Assembly (NCBI RefSeq): GCF_006345805.1
Contig: NC_042998.1
Location: forward strand, 72,602,001 to 72,666,000
DNA length: 64,000 nt
From: Octopus sinensis
Taxonomy: Eukaryota
Direction of reading: 5' to 3'
Under the pieces are notes generated by a model. It was not told where the DNA came from and ran no database searches. It saw nothing but the letters and a program-made list of their open reading frames with translations. Position numbers and translations under genes: made by a program. Positions 37,300-52,580 of the stretch are shown here, in pieces; position 1 is the stretch's first letter; the number at the start of each line of letters is the position of its first letter.

Positions 37300-39789
37300 A
37301 TTTACAAAGTAAGGGCAAAAGAAAAATTCTAATGCCAAATATGCCGAAAAAAGACAAAAATTGTCAATAACCATTATAATTTATGCGTCCCGATACAAAC
37401 CAGTAGAAATTTCTAAAAAATCCGTTATTACCGTATTGGTCCCAATTTCGGAGTTAATTTATAAGAATTTTCCCCTCTTCAGCGATAAATACGTGAGATA
37501 TAAGTGAAATACTTAATCATATCCATGGAAAAAGCAGAAAAAAAGCAAGAAAAACAAATGAAGGAACTCTGGAATTTAAAATTAGTGAAATTTATATGTA
37601 AACATTGCTTATGAAGTAAAGCGTTTTGTTGGTATTATCGTTAATCTTTAGTGAGCGGTCACACGCCGAATGCGGTTGAGAATCTTGTATCTAGCTTGCC
37701 TATGAACAAAAACATTCTGTCTTTTATTGATGACTGTTGATGACTAAACAAGTCTGTATTGTCAAGTGTGTCCTATTTTGCAGTTGTTATTTTTGTTGTT
37801 TGTGTAATGCCTTGTTCACACCTAAGTCTGTAGCAATTCTATAGCATGTAGTCAGCCGAAAATCGAAGCTCGATACGCAGATGTATCTCTAAGTTATACA
37901 TTACGCCGGTTTCGATGTACATCTTGACAAGCGAGCATGGTTTGTAAATGCACTGTGTACACTTCTTTCCATTTCTTTCACACATTGATTCTTATAATGT
38001 ACACTGTGTTAGACGGCAACAGAAATTTGGTTAGACCGTGACACTTGCTGTTCTACGTCAATTTTTGCTGGAAGTGTGCATCGATGCACTATTTTAACCA
38101 ATTGAATCTATTGATATTACAGCTATTCTCTGTGAATACCTTTTGTGCATTTGTACCTCAGTATATTGCTTGCATTGTTTGTATATCATTGCTGTCATTA
38201 CCTACTGTTTCTCAATTGTAACTGAATTCTCTGATTAATCTTGTGTATTATTGTTCTTCTTAAGCAATGCCTTCTGTATCTGCTGTGAATGTGCTGCTGC
38301 AATTGTATGTAACATAGTATTTTGGGCTTTTTGATGTTAAATAATAACTGTTACAGTACTGAGCAAAGGGAAACTATGGAGGCACGTACAGGAACGTATT
38401 CACACCCACACTCACAAACGAGAGTGCGTGTGTAAATTTAGCAAATGTTGCGTGTTATGATGAATGTAAAGAATTTGTTTGTACAATATTATGTGAGGAG
38501 AGAAGAAATAATGCTCCTGCATTATATAACACTTTATATAACGCTATATATTATATAACACTATATAAGTTTCTAGTCCTTTTGGCCCCTTTTGGTTTCT
38601 AGTCCTTTTCGCCCCAGTCATGATCCACTTTTATATATTCTCAAACATATTCTTTTTATTTTCCTGATATGATACTGGCTAAATTAAACAATATAATATG
38701 CAATATGCATATTTTAACATTTCTGCTTTAGTGGGAATATGTGTAAACAGGAATTTGTTTCTTCCCGGTATGCTATAAAGCATGTCTAGCCTGATTTTAG
38801 CTCACACTGTATCACGACCGTTGTGATTACACACACACACACACACACACATACATACACACAGATAAATCTTTTTAAGTGTGATTTTCTGTAAGTATAC
38901 ATGTATTTCCTGTTTGTAATACGCATGTGATAATTGGATATAACATTATTTTAAAGCCCTTTTATTAAGACTCGTGTATTCTAAACAAAATTATATTTGA
39001 CAGAAATGATATTAAAAATATATGGAATTCCTTATTTCACATGACACAGTGGGGGTGACCAAATATGTGTTTTCTATATGATGTTCTCAGAAATGCATTG
39101 TCTCGCATTCTGGATCTAGTTGTAACTTTCTAGAGATAATTGATAAAGTCAGTAGTCGTACATTGATATTCAATAAAATTCAAGTTTCTTAAACATGAAG
39201 AATATTACTATTATGATAATTCAAAATCAAATTCTATTCGACGCTGTAGGGCATATCTAATATGTTGAAATTCTATTGGGAGAGTGATTAAAAGTGAAAA
39301 CAAACAATTGAATTTTTGACAAATTAAGCATGCATTGATTTCACAAGCAGAAACATGCACAAACTGCGCAACGAAATTACTTTTAAAAAGCAAGGTTTGG
39401 TTTATAATACCACCTACCATTTACATAGTTAAGTGAGTAAATTTACTGCATTCTGGTTTTGTGTAATAATTCTTGAGAAATGTAGAATTGTTCTGGGAAT
39501 AACATTATGTGTGTACATTTTAAGTTTGTTATTTAAAATCCTTATCTTTAACAATTTTGATTGGACTTCTAGCATTTGGGATTACTTTGACCTCAACACT
39601 CTACGTGATTTTCATCATAAATGACCTTAGTGTTATGCATACTGTGATTCCTGCTAAAATATCTAATGTCACTAAATGATTCCAGCCAAAAACATATTAC
39701 TATTGGAACTTTCGAGTTATATAGGAAAAAATTTGAATAGATATTGGCTTCAAATTTTGGCAGAAGGCCAGCAACTTCGGAAGAACTGC

Positions 39790-39953
39790 TATGTCGATTC
39801 CATCCACCCTAGTACCCTGATGATGATTATTTTATGAACCCGAAAGACGAAAGCAAACTCGATCTCGGCGGAATTTAAACTCAAAACATGAAGGGGAACG
39901 AAAGGCAGATGGCATTTTACCGACTTACTAACAGTTCTGCCAACTTGATGCCT
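39790..39953 (-). mobile_element. Family B SINE, diverged
   Basis: Reverse complement reads ggcatcaagttggcagaactgttag...gagtttaaattccgccgagatcgagtttgctttc. Confidence 0.65.
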
Positions 39954-40532
39954 TAAATGTTGAACAGATATTGCTATCTTTCTTGTGTTAGCTTCTGTGC
40001 TATTGTTAGTTGACACTAAGAAGAACAATAGTCAAATGTAAATAATTATTGAATGAAATAACTACAATTTTCTTAGTGCCAAATTTCATATTTCGTTATA
40101 TGATGACAGCGAAACGGTGGAAGGTTTCTATAATATCGAATATTTGTCCGATTCCCTGCTATTGCAAGGAAGCTTCTCTAATCATGCCTACTACGTTGTA
40201 ATTTTAAATTAAGGCCAATACTAAAGTATTGAAAACGTTTCACATTCTTTAAGCTTTCCTATGTGGCACGTTCTGAAATAAAGTTGTAATTTTTCTTATG
40301 TAATAAACTCAGCTAAAAGATTATTTCCTAACATAACATGCATCCTACAATGAAAATATACATCTTAATTGAAATATTTGAAAGGGGAGTTACCTACAAA
40401 TACAATAATAAATTTCACATGAAGGTTTCATAAAATGTTCTAACCACGCTAGTTTAGGCTAAAGTTGGAAGCTCTTTACAATTGTTTATTCGTAGTACAT
40501 ACGTGTACATAAATGCATTCATATACATATGT

Positions 40533-42681
40533 TTGGCATCCTTTCTGTCTCGGGAGACAATGGAGTTGCGCATTTTTTTTTTTTTTTTCTAGGTCTAGTC
40601 CGGCTGTTATATTTTATTTCCTGTTACATTTCTTGCTGTGGCTGTGTAGTCCTATCCTGGACAAACACTCCCTCTGTCAGGTACTGCAAATGTAGCGAAG
40701 ACTGTTCCTGGCTGGTTGTAGTGCCATGGTCTCTTGTTTATGTCTCTTTCTTTCTTTCCATTTCTCCTCTCTCTTTCTGTCACTCCTCTGTATACCCTCT
40801 TTTACTGTACGTCGCCATTCTCCACGGTTGCCGGCGACTGCCTCCCAACCGCTAATGTTGATGTTGCAGGCCTTCATATCCCTTTTGCAAACATCCTTGT
40901 AACGTAAGATCGGTCTACCCACAGACCTAGTACCCCTAGCAAGCTCTCCGTAGAGTATGTCCTTGGGGATTCTGCCATCTTTCATACGGCTAACATGCCC
41001 AAGCCATCTCATACGTCTTTGTGTGAGGAGTGCAAACATGCTTGGTATTCCTGCTTGCCTGAGGACATCTTTGTTGGGGATATGATTCTGCCATTTGATG
41101 TGGAGGATTTTTCGGAGGCAGCGCAGGTGAAAGAGTTTAGGCGACGCTCTTGGCGTGTGTATAGCGTCCAGGTCTCGCTTCCATACAGTAGAGTGCTGAG
41201 TACAAATGCCTGGTAGATCTTCATTTTTGTGGTCTTGGTCAGCTTATTGTTGTCCCAAGCCCGTTTGGAGAGTTGGGCCATCGCAGCAGCTGCCTTGCCA
41301 ATGCGTATATTGAGCTCAGCGTCAAGGGATAGGTTGTAGGTGACGGTAGAGCCCAGATAGGTAAACCTCTCTACCTCTTGTAATCTGTGGTCTCCAATAT
41401 GTATGTTTGGGATGTCCGATGTAGCCTGGCCCATGATGTTGGTCTTCTTAAGGCTGATAGCTAAGCCAAAGTCGTTACATGCTTGCTCAAAACAGTTAAT
41501 GAGCCTTTGGAGGGCTTCTTCTGTGTGTGTTACCAGAGCGGCATCATCAGCAAATAACATCTCCTTGATCAGACGTTTTCTGATTTTGGTCTTGGCACGC
41601 AGGCGCGAGAGATTGAACAGTTTCCCGTCACTTCTACTGTGCAGAAACACTCCATCATCTGATGTCTGAAAGGCATGTGACAGCAAGAGTGAGAAGAAGA
41701 TGCCAAACAATGTAGGAGCGAGGACACAGCCTTGCTTTACACCCGTTTTTTATTTGGAAGGCGGCTGATGTTGAACCGTTGTGCTGTATGGTGCCTTGCA
41801 TGTCATCATGGAAAGACTTGATGATCCTCAGCAGCTTTGGTGGACATCCGATTTTTTGGAGCAGGAGGAAGAGGCCTGTTCTGCTTACCGAGTCAAAAGC
41901 CTTTGTTAGATCAATGAAGGCCATATATAATGGCATTTTCTGCTCTCTGGACTTCTCCTGAAGTTGGCGTATGGAGAATATCATATCGATAGTTGAGCTG
42001 CTTCTTCTAAAGCCACACTGCGATTCCGGATAGATTCGAGAAGCAAGTAGTTGTAGCCTGGCCAGGATAACGCGGGCAAAGGTCTTTCCAACAGTGCTTA
42101 GAAGGGATATACCACGGTAATTGTTACAATCACCACGGTCACCTTTGTTTTTGTAGAGCGTAATGATGTTGGCATCCCGCATATCCTGAGGGACTGTACC
42201 CTCTTCCCAGCACTGACACAGAAGCTCATGAAGGTGCCGAAGCAGGATGGTGTTTTTGCCGGCTTTGATGATCTCTGAGGGGATACCGTCTTTTCCCGGA
42301 GCCTTATTTCTTGCTAGGGAGTCAACAGCCTTGGTGAGCTCTGCTATAGATGGCGGACTGTCAAGTTCGCACATGACTGGCAAGATCTTGACACTCTCGA
42401 CTGCAGCCTCAGCCACTGTAGTCTCCCGTGAGTAGAGATCCTGGTAGTGCTCCACCCATATATCCATTTGCTTGCCTTGATCCCTGATGAGATCTCCAGT
42501 AGTTGATTTCAGAGGGGCTGACTTGGTTGCGGATGGACCGAGGGCCTTCTTCAAACCAGCATACATCCCACGGGTGTCGCCCCTGTCAGCAGCTGACTGG
42601 ATACTCTGACAGATTTCCTGCCAATACCTATTTGCACAGCATCTGGCTGTCAGTTGGGTTTTATTTCGTGCCTTTCTGAGG
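40533..42681 (-). mobile_element. Young 5'-truncated RTE-clade LINE (RT domain through 3' UTR)
   Basis: ORFs 41655..42785, 41009..41710 and 40677..41039 carry NNYRGISLLS, QCGFR, FIDLTKAFDSV, [G]VKQGCVLAP, LFADD, FTYLGS, YGSETW, RWLGHV and GRPILRYKD. The 3' end is ccattgtctcccgagacagaaaggatgcc. The APE domain is absent, and the element is visibly more GC-rich than its flanks. Confidence 0.95.
40614..42681 (-). pseudogene. RTE reverse transcriptase pseudo-ORF (2 frameshifts, 1 nonsense codon)
   Basis: +1 in the T run at 41746-41751; -1 at ~41129 (ttc[c]ac); TGA at 40677-40679 in place of a Cys in the terminal CST*QRECLSRIGLHSHSKKC motif. Confidence 0.85.
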
Positions 42682-43597
42682 CATATGTATATACATATGT
42701 ATATACATATGTATATATGCGGATTTATATATGGAAGTGTAAATGTGAAAACGAAAGCTAATATAATGGCTGTAGAAATGCGCATAAAGATGACAGTACT
42801 AAATTTGAATAGTTAAAAGTACGAAGGCCTGAAGAAGAACGTATACTAAATTTCGAAATCCAAAAGAAATGTCAGTGAGCACTCTACTAAAATACAATAT
42901 ATATGAGATAGTTTTAAAGGAAGAAAGAAGAACATAGAAAGAAAAATGTTTTTTAAAATGGAGGAATGAAAGATTTTGGCGCGTTTATCTATAAACTCTG
43001 TGGGACACTCTAATCCCTTCGAACTTTGAAATATGTAGTGATACATAGGGAAAAAATTACACACATTAGCACACGTATATACACCTACATATTCACAAAC
43101 ATACACACACACACATACACACACATAGAGATAGATAGATAAATAGATAGATAGATGCGTGTATATAATTAGATATGTGTGTATGTATGTTTGCGGAGGG
43201 GGGTATTTTTGTGAGTGTGTGTGTATGTATGTGGTAGTGCGTGTTTATATGTACTCCTGGGCGTATGTATATTTGAAAACGATATGAATATGAAGTAGTG
43301 ATACAAATTGAAACATGTGAAAGGTGAGAAACTGTATGACAGTGGAAACATTCATACTATATTTTCGATCAGCGTAATAATATATTAATTCAATGAATGG
43401 CAAACAGTTAAAAACACAAATATATAACTAAAGGTAATCTCTGTTAATTTATGAGTAGGAATTAAATATTCTATGTTATCAGATGAGTAAGGACACCGCG
43501 TAACTTGTCCCAAAGAAAGTGCCATTAAATATCTTATAGAGAGCTAATTCTAACTGCTGACGATACCACTTTCTTCGGTAATTTAGGAAAGTCTATA

Positions 43598-43648
43598 TGG
43601 CGACGAGCTGGCAGAAACATTAGCACGCCGGGCGAAATGATTAGCGTA
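43598..43648 (+). mobile_element. Family B SINE head only
   Basis: ggcgacgagctggcagaaacattagcacgccgggcgaaatgattagcg. Confidence 0.7.
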
Positions 43649-43659
43649 CAGCAGAATTT

Positions 43660-44410
43660 CGTTTAGGGATTATTTCTTTACAACCCAGACCGAACAATGT
43701 GTTTTCATACCACCATTTGTAGAGAAGTTATGTGCCCCGACCAACAACTCTGTCGAGTTGCCTGTACCGTTAAGAGCTTAATAGGCGCGGAATCAATTGT
43801 CATTCTCTGACCGGCCATTAACAAACACTTTTCTAAGTGAATATATTGAATAGTAACATAACGTTTGTTGTTACCTGTCGCCACATCAATAGTCCATTTC
43901 TAGACTGGACTTCCATGGTGCGGGCAGGGTTATTGATCATTGTAACAATCGGGAACCTCTTTGCGCCTTATATTTGATATACTGATACACATTGAGATGC
44001 TCATGCTTTTACTGATATGCACAGCCACATAACCTATATACTCAGATAGAACCTTAATGTAACTACTTGGAGAACTTCCTAATGTCTCTCTTCTTCACTT
44101 GCCAAGTAAAGTTTTTTGGTTTATCGCAGATTTCGGTCAACTTTTTCCATGTAAGGGAAGTCTTTGATTACTATACACTTTATCGCGTAAGACGAGAAGT
44201 TGTCAATAAACAATCATGTACTATCTGCATAATTTTTGATGTAGTGTGTCAATGTACACCAAATAACCTGATGAGTTCATTTGTATTATATTACTCAGAC
44301 GTATGATATGTAAAACTAGTGAAACACGGATTTGCAATTGTTCCTCTTCTGCAGCTTGTATTAAATAACATAATTTGCATCGCTGTAATTCGTATCTGTT
44401 TGCCACGTAC
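43660..44410 (-). mobile_element. Ancient LINE (RTE-like) RT C-terminal fossil
   Basis: Weak ordered motifs: LIQAAEEEQLQ, VIKDFPYM, PHHGSPV*KWT (cf. LLYGSETWT), RQSCWSGHI (cf. RQLRWxGHV). Confidence 0.35.
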
Positions 44411-44965
44411 TATATGTACTTATATATATTCTACTGACCTATTTTCAATTAAATTATATACATACGAAATACTGAAGCATCGATTTCTTAATAAATGTAG
44501 CAGAGTACAAAGCAATAGTAATGTTGATTGTCAATATGGATGTACATACACATTTAGTTTCCTATCGGCTATTCCTAATACATACTTTCAATCATATTCT
44601 GTTTGCGTGTTTTCGATCGTTACACTATTTCAACTTGTAAGAGATAGTTTGTAAAGCATTAAATCTACCATTGTTGATATTTATCTCAAATATTTGATGA
44701 AATGTTGATGGAAGCAGCAACAATTAAATAATGATGTCTCCTCTTTCCCGAGATAAGTCCTTTCATCAAAAACTTCATTATGTTTTTGAAGTAGCTACTG
44801 CAATATCGACTAAAACAACTATACTTAACAAATGTCATCGTTTCCGAAATTACATTTTGATTAACATCATCTAATGTATTTTGATATATTTAATCAATTT
44901 CTAAAAATATAGAAGTATATTTAAGGCATATCATTAAGATTTTCTCCTAATTAATGATTATATAT

Positions 44966-45162
44966 TGGTTCTTCACTCGTTTATTACTATTCTTATTCTG
45001 TCTTATGTCCATTGTTCTCAAATGGTTCGTCACACAGAGGATGGATTAAGCGAAGCGGGAGGACAGAATGGGTCGTTGAAGATGTAACAGATGTGTGACG
45101 AAAGATTTACGGACAATGGATATAAGATGAAATAAGAACAGCAATAAACGAGTGAAGAACAA
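44966..45162. mobile_element. MITE, same family as 13268-13601
   Basis: ttcttcactcgtttattactattcttatt...tgtccattgt...gttcgtcacaca / tgtgtgacgaa...acaatggat...aataagaacagcaataaacgagtgaagaa. Confidence 0.8.
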
Positions 45163-45534
45163 ACGTATAGTGCATGTTATTATTTGCCTTCCCACCCACC
45201 CACCAAAAAAGGAAAAGAGAAGAATCCCGAAATATAACAATATCTGTTTCAACACACGGTTACACACCAGGTATGTTAGAGTCTTGCAAGACAAATTAGT
45301 TATGTATGCATACATATGTATATATACATACACATATGTATATATATATAATTAAAGGTATGTAAGGCGTACCACCATGATTCATATAGCACTCAACACT
45401 TGACTCTAAAACAAGGAAAGAAGACCAAGTGACAAAGTAAACTAGCAAAAAAATATTGGGTAATTCCAGATTCCGGATTTCTGGCGCTACAAAAGAAATG
45501 ATTTGCCTTTATCAGTAGAATATACGCATATACA

Positions 45535-46102
<568 letters not shown>

Positions 46103-46127
46103 CAACATACGAATACTTGCATATAAC

Positions 46128-46495
46128 GCACGTATGCCTCACAACCAGTTTAAACTGCCCGCCTATACTCCCCTTGCGATATGGTCAAAATACCACCGCA
46201 ATGAATATAATGACAAACTAAATATATAAATTTATATCAATAAGGATAAAATCGTTGGGTAGCATGTATCTTTGTTTTCTCTCCTTGTGCTGTATGAATA
46301 TTTAATGTGGTTTTAGATCTAAGTTTTTGATGCTACATCTAGCATGGTGGTATTTCTTAGATAATTTTAATAATAATTATTACCTATAAGGGTTTTATTT
46401 CCATGCTGTGTTATTTTGACCATATCGGTGGTATTCTGACCATATTGCACGAGGAGTTTAAGCGAGCAATTTAAACCGGTCGTGTGCATACGTGC
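46128..46495. mobile_element. MITE with ~70-bp imperfect TIRs
   Basis: gcacgtatgcctcacaaccagtttaaactgc...gatatggtcaaaataccaccg mirrors cggtggtattctgaccatattgc...gcaatttaaaccggtcgtgtgcatacgtgc. Confidence 0.7.
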
Positions 46496-46536
46496 ATATA
46501 TATATATATGTCTCTATGTGCGTATATGTTAGTATT

Positions 46537-46566
<30 letters not shown>

Positions 46567-46569
<3 letters not shown>

Positions 46570-47377
46570 ATATATATATATATAAACGGCAGTTTGTCTG
46601 TCTGTGTGTCTGTGTGTCTGTCAGGTTGTACCCTCACCCTGACCACGGCTTTCAACTGATTCTGATGAAACTTGACACACACATAGCCCAATGTCATAAT
46701 TAAAATCTAACGCAGCGAAAGTTTTGAAAAGCTCCCCCAGTTCTGAAAAAAAAATCGATAATTTCGACATGGGTCGAGAATCTAAGCTTTTTATATGCAA
46801 CACATTTTCTACAGACTGTCTAGGGGACGCCACTCGACCTTTTTAACTCTCGGAACACGTGGGGTAAGTATCCCAAAATGTATGAAAATGTACAAAAACG
46901 GCAAAAAAGCGGGCAGCAATGTGAGTGACAACAACGAAAAAGTCAAAAGTGACCAAACTGAACAAACGAATGGAAAAGGTTTTTTGATGCACACGACAAA
47001 AGCGGTGTATAATAAACCAAGAGTTTGCAAGTAGCGTCCGAGGACCCTTAGGGTACGTCAAATATTTAAGGTAAAACGTTTGGTGTGGTAGTTATAAAGA
47101 AAGTGTAAACAAAAAAGTATTCGAATAACTTGCGGCTGCAGCAGCTATTAGCAGAAGTGGCGGTGTTGGGGGTAAAGTCTCGAATGTAATTTCTTCCTGG
47201 TAGGAATTGGTTGGGTTGAATTATCGATAGCTGTTTGATAGTTATTTGGGAGTGAAGAGAAGACATTGCAACCTACACATGCGCCTTCATTCCCTAGAGG
47301 GAAAGGACTAGATTGGGATTATTCGTCGCCTACTAGGGGCTCTTACAAACCCGGGCAACGCCGGGCTATGCTGTTAG
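46567..47377 (+). mobile_element. Non-autonomous Helitron-type element, apparently complete (~810 bp)
   Basis: 5' TC(TA)nAAA followed by (GTCT)-rich repeats; 3' hairpin cccgggcaacgccggg followed by TTAG|T (CTAG-like); TA-rich flanks. Confidence 0.8.
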
Positions 47378-48094
47378 TATATATATATATATAGTGCATG
47401 TTTTTATATATATGTACTCATTTACTATTCGTATATATTCCACTGATGAAGGCAAAGCACTTCTTTCCTATGCAGAGCCAGAAATCCTGGATCTGGAATT
47501 ATCCAATAATATTTTTTGCTAGTTATTTTGTCTCTTTGTCTTCTCTCCAAGTGCTGTATGAACATTTAATGTGGTTTTAGATCAAGTTTTGGCAGCCATA
47601 TCTAGCATCTTGGTACATCTTAGATATCATTAATTATAATTTTAATAATTATTACCTATAAGCTTCGTATCCCCATATGGCCACCTTATATGATTCCCAT
47701 GCTGGCCACCTCATATGATCGGTATTTTAAACAACGATCTTATCCTTATTTATATAAATTTATATATATGCCTGTGTGTACAGCCAAATATATTAAATAT
47801 ATTGCATGAAAGCATAGCAATATATATGTAATTTCAAAGTGCACATTCTCATATTGCCGTCATTATCTGGAATTTTTACAGCGTGCAGCTGCTTTTAAAA
47901 GAAAATCAGACGGTACTAAATGCCACTTCAATCAACGTTTCGATGGCGAAAGAATTCCGGTTAAAAGTGACCTACAACAACTGATAATAACACTAGTACA
48001 ATATAGTATTGAAAGTCACTGAATCGATGAATGAACAATGATGATAACAGCGACGATACAAAGAAACGATGCACAGATAGTAAAGAATATGGAG

Positions 48095-48100
48095 AAGAAC

Positions 48101-48142
<42 letters not shown>

Positions 48143-48285
48143 TAATAATAAGATGAAGAAGAATATGAAGAAGAAGAAGAAGAAGAAGAAGAAGAAGAAG
48201 AAGAAGAAGAAGAAGAAGAAGAAGAAGAAGACGAAGAATAATAATAAGAAGAAGGCGAATGAGAAGAAGAAGAAGAAGATGTATC
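48095..48285. repeat. (AAT)n followed by (AAG)n trinucleotide microsatellites
   Basis: Direct runs; explain the poly-L, poly-F and poly-S ORFs. Confidence 0.95.
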
Positions 48286-48922
48286 CATAAGCCATTAGCC
48301 GGAGGCACACTTTTGTGAACACACACACACATGTTCTCACAAGCATGATGGGCGCATGCGTAAAAATCATGCACACAGGAAGTCTATGCGTGCGTTTCTG
48401 TGCATGTATTTGCATCCGCAATATGTGCAATATATTTTCGTGTAGGCTTGCTTCTTGATTCCACAAGCGTTTGCCCCGTATGGATTCGATGAGTGTGTTT
48501 GCCTGTCATGGCTGTCTGCATGCATTTGGAAATTCGTGTGAACGTGAGTGTCTGTATTGTAGAACTCCGTGTTCATGCCTTGAGGCCTCTGTGTAAATAG
48601 ACATTTCTATGTCTGTTTTGCTATATTTACTTTTGTTTATACCGCTATACTCGACCATAAATATCTCGTGCATTTCACTGCTAAAGTGTAATTTTCTCTA
48701 TAAAGTGCAGTAATTAATTTTCAAAAAATCTAATCGACTGACATCGAGAAAATATATTTTAGGACGATATATTTAAGAAAGATAAATGAAATTGGTGACC
48801 AAAATATCTAAACCAGTAAAATAATTAAGTAAAGAAAAACAACATTGAAATTAGTAAGTCAACATATAACTGTCGTGAAGACCAAGTATGCATATAAATA
48901 TTTATCAGACATCAGCAAGTTG

Positions 48923-48981
<59 letters not shown>

Positions 48982-49454
48982 TAAATGTTTGCGTATAAGA
49001 GAATACAGGCAGACCATCATTCTACGTATACTTCACTCTATATTTCAGTTTATCTTAACCAAAGTCAATTTTCTATTTGGTATTGAAAGGTTGTATACAG
49101 TAATGTATATACAGTTACAGTAAAGTTCCTACATTACATATAAAATGCAGCTCGGTACTAAGAAAACGATGCAGGCATATAATGTGTTTCATAAAATGCA
49201 TAATGGGCATACCAATGTGTATTTACATAATATCCAGGGAAGAAACTGTAACATTTTTTAGCGCAACATATCTAATGAATTAAATATTTTCCTAACTGGA
49301 ACGTTAAGGGAATGATACAGGACCGATAGCAAAAAGAGTCTGACCACCTCCGTAACATAGTGAATAAGGAATATTAAATATACCAACATTTCAACATAAA
49401 ATCTTTAAATAAATGTAAATAACAGCTTAGATATATATTAATGTGTGTGCATAG

Positions 49455-49651
<197 letters not shown>

Positions 49652-49847
49652 CTAATGCGTGTGTGCTTCAACGTAAACATATATAAACAGTGCGTGCTCG
49701 TAGCTTAATGTTTTACTATTGGCTCACGATCGCAAACACATAATTTCAATTCCTGGCGGCGTGTTGTATGCTAATTAATGTGTATTTTATATTTCTTCGT
49801 AATCGAACGCTACGCAGCCATGTGCACAGTGAGTTCTTACATTTATA

Positions 49848-50363
<516 letters not shown>

Positions 50364-50373
50364 ATATACAGAG

Positions 50374-50753
50374 TGGAGGCGCAACTACCCATTGTATAGA
50401 GCACCGGACTCGCGGTCATGGAATCGAGGTTACGATTCTCAGACCGGGCGTTGTAATATTTTTTGAGCGAAAACACCAAAAGCTCTACGAGGCTCCGGTA
50501 AGAGGTGGTGGCGTACCCGGTTGTAATCTTTCCCCACAAGTTTCCGTCACTCTTTCTTCCTGTTTCTGTTGTACCTCTATTTCAAAGAGTCAAACTTGTC
50601 ATACAGTGTCACTTCGAATCTTCCTGAGACCTACGTTAAGGGTACATGTGTCTATCAGCCACTTACACCTTAACTTCACAAGCAGGCTGTCCCGTTCATT
50701 GGATCGACTGGAACCCTTGTCGTCGTAACCGACGGACGTTCCACGACGACGAC
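50374..50753 (+). mobile_element. tRNA-derived SINE family C (TGGAGGCGCAA head), long body
   Basis: tggaggcgcaac...ggactcgcggtc...gattctcagaccgggcgttgt...ctacgttaagggtac...gtcgtcgtaaccgacgga, followed by an (ACG)n tail. Confidence 0.8.
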
Positions 50754-51012
50754 ATATATAGTGTTGGGAAAAAGTCCCCTGACAGTAAATCCAAGCCATT
50801 TAATTCCAAGATTAAACATAAAATTATTTTTAGGAGAATTTGCTGATAAACCGACAAATGTTGAAAACAAAAACGGTTCTTTTAACTCACAGCATTTCAT
50901 TATTAAACCTACCTTCATAATTGGGATGGATATGTATAGAGGAATATAAAGTATTTATGAAAGTTTGATTTACTGTCGGGTTACTATCGGCCAACCCTGT
51001 TTATATATATAT

Positions 51013-51140
51013 ACGATGGGCTTCTTTCAGTTTCCGTCAACCAAATCCACTCACAAGGTTTTGGTCCGAACCGAGGCTATAGTAGAAGAAACTGTGTTTG
51101 GGAAGCAAGCCTTTTACCACATTTTAATGTAGCCTGCACC
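51013..51140 (-). mobile_element. Family A SINE 5' fragment
   Basis: tacgatgggcttctttcagtttccgtcaaccaaatccactcacaagg...gaggctatagtagaaga. Confidence 0.75.
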
Positions 51141-51659
51141 TACATTAATATATGCAGATGGATATATAGATATAGACTGCTAGAAAGATACAGACAGGCA
51201 GACATATGTGCATATATGTGTATATTCTGCAAAATTGTGTAAATGTATCTTTTTATCTATCTATGTGTGTGTGTTTATATGTATGTATGTGTGAGTATGT
51301 GTGTATTTGTGTATGTATATGTATGTACAATATGTATGAGAACGATAATGTGTATGTTTCTAACCATATTGGTAAGTAGACTTGGTGACAGGTACATTTG
51401 TCTTTTCATCGGATTCAACTCGATCCTTCATCGTCATAACCATTTCATACCAAAATGACCACGCTTCAAATTTCCTCCTTTTTTAGTGTATGTATGTATG
51501 AATACAAAGGGATTAAAATATGTACATGTGTTTCAGTTTCCTGTTTGTGCATGTATGTGTAAGGTCTTATGACATTTTTGTGTGCACGTGTGTATATGTG
51601 TCTTTGTGTGTAACAGAGTGTGCGTGTGTGTGTGCGTGTACGCGCGCGTGTGTGTGTGT

Positions 51660-51701
<42 letters not shown>

Positions 51702-52344
51702 TGTGTGAGTGTATTGGTGTTCGTGTTCCTGCATATTTGTAATTAAACTCTCCATATTGAATTACAAACTGTAAAATATCTGTCTGAAAACCTGACAAAC
51801 TCCTACCAAACTTCTGAAAACCTAAAAACATCTAATTACTAAATTGGAGAAATTATCAGAAAAGCAATATCTATTTTTTTTTTTTTAATACATAATACAG
51901 TACCAAGGACATTCTATTTCTTAATCGACTACACACACATTCACACACACACAGACACACACACAGACATACACACACACTCACACATTAATTACTAGGA
52001 CTCAGTATTTCGCTTTGCAACCATAATATACTACCAAGTCTATTAACTGTTTCCTAGTCAATGCGATATTCGCAATGTGTTAATAATGCGATATTCTCAG
52101 TTTTAATGATAAACAACATATTTTGTTTAGAACTCAGAACTATATATTGTAATTTACAGTTATTCATGTACGGAAACGTCTCTGCATATGGTACCTTCGG
52201 TCACATTGTTTACATAGATGAATCTGCAAAGGAGATGTCGTAATATATAGTGGTGGCTCTCTATTCTGTAGAAAACCTGTAGTTCATCACTGAAAAATGA
52301 GAATATAATATTTGTATGAATGCATGTGTGCACATGTATGGATT

Positions 52345-52580
<236 letters not shown>

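Noticed and set aside
37800-37990. Minus-strand RLTTCYRIATDLGVNK, resembling a mariner HTH
   Set aside because: A single weak motif with no catalytic domain or TIRs.
39047-39420. hAT-like hints (cagtgggggtgaccaaa; ACLICQK)
   Set aside because: No matching second TIR and no other transposase motifs.
47443-47470. CTGATGAAGGCAAAGC, resembling the 5' half of a hammerhead core
   Set aside because: No GAAA follows the putative helix II, and the homologous copy near 45500 lacks the core.
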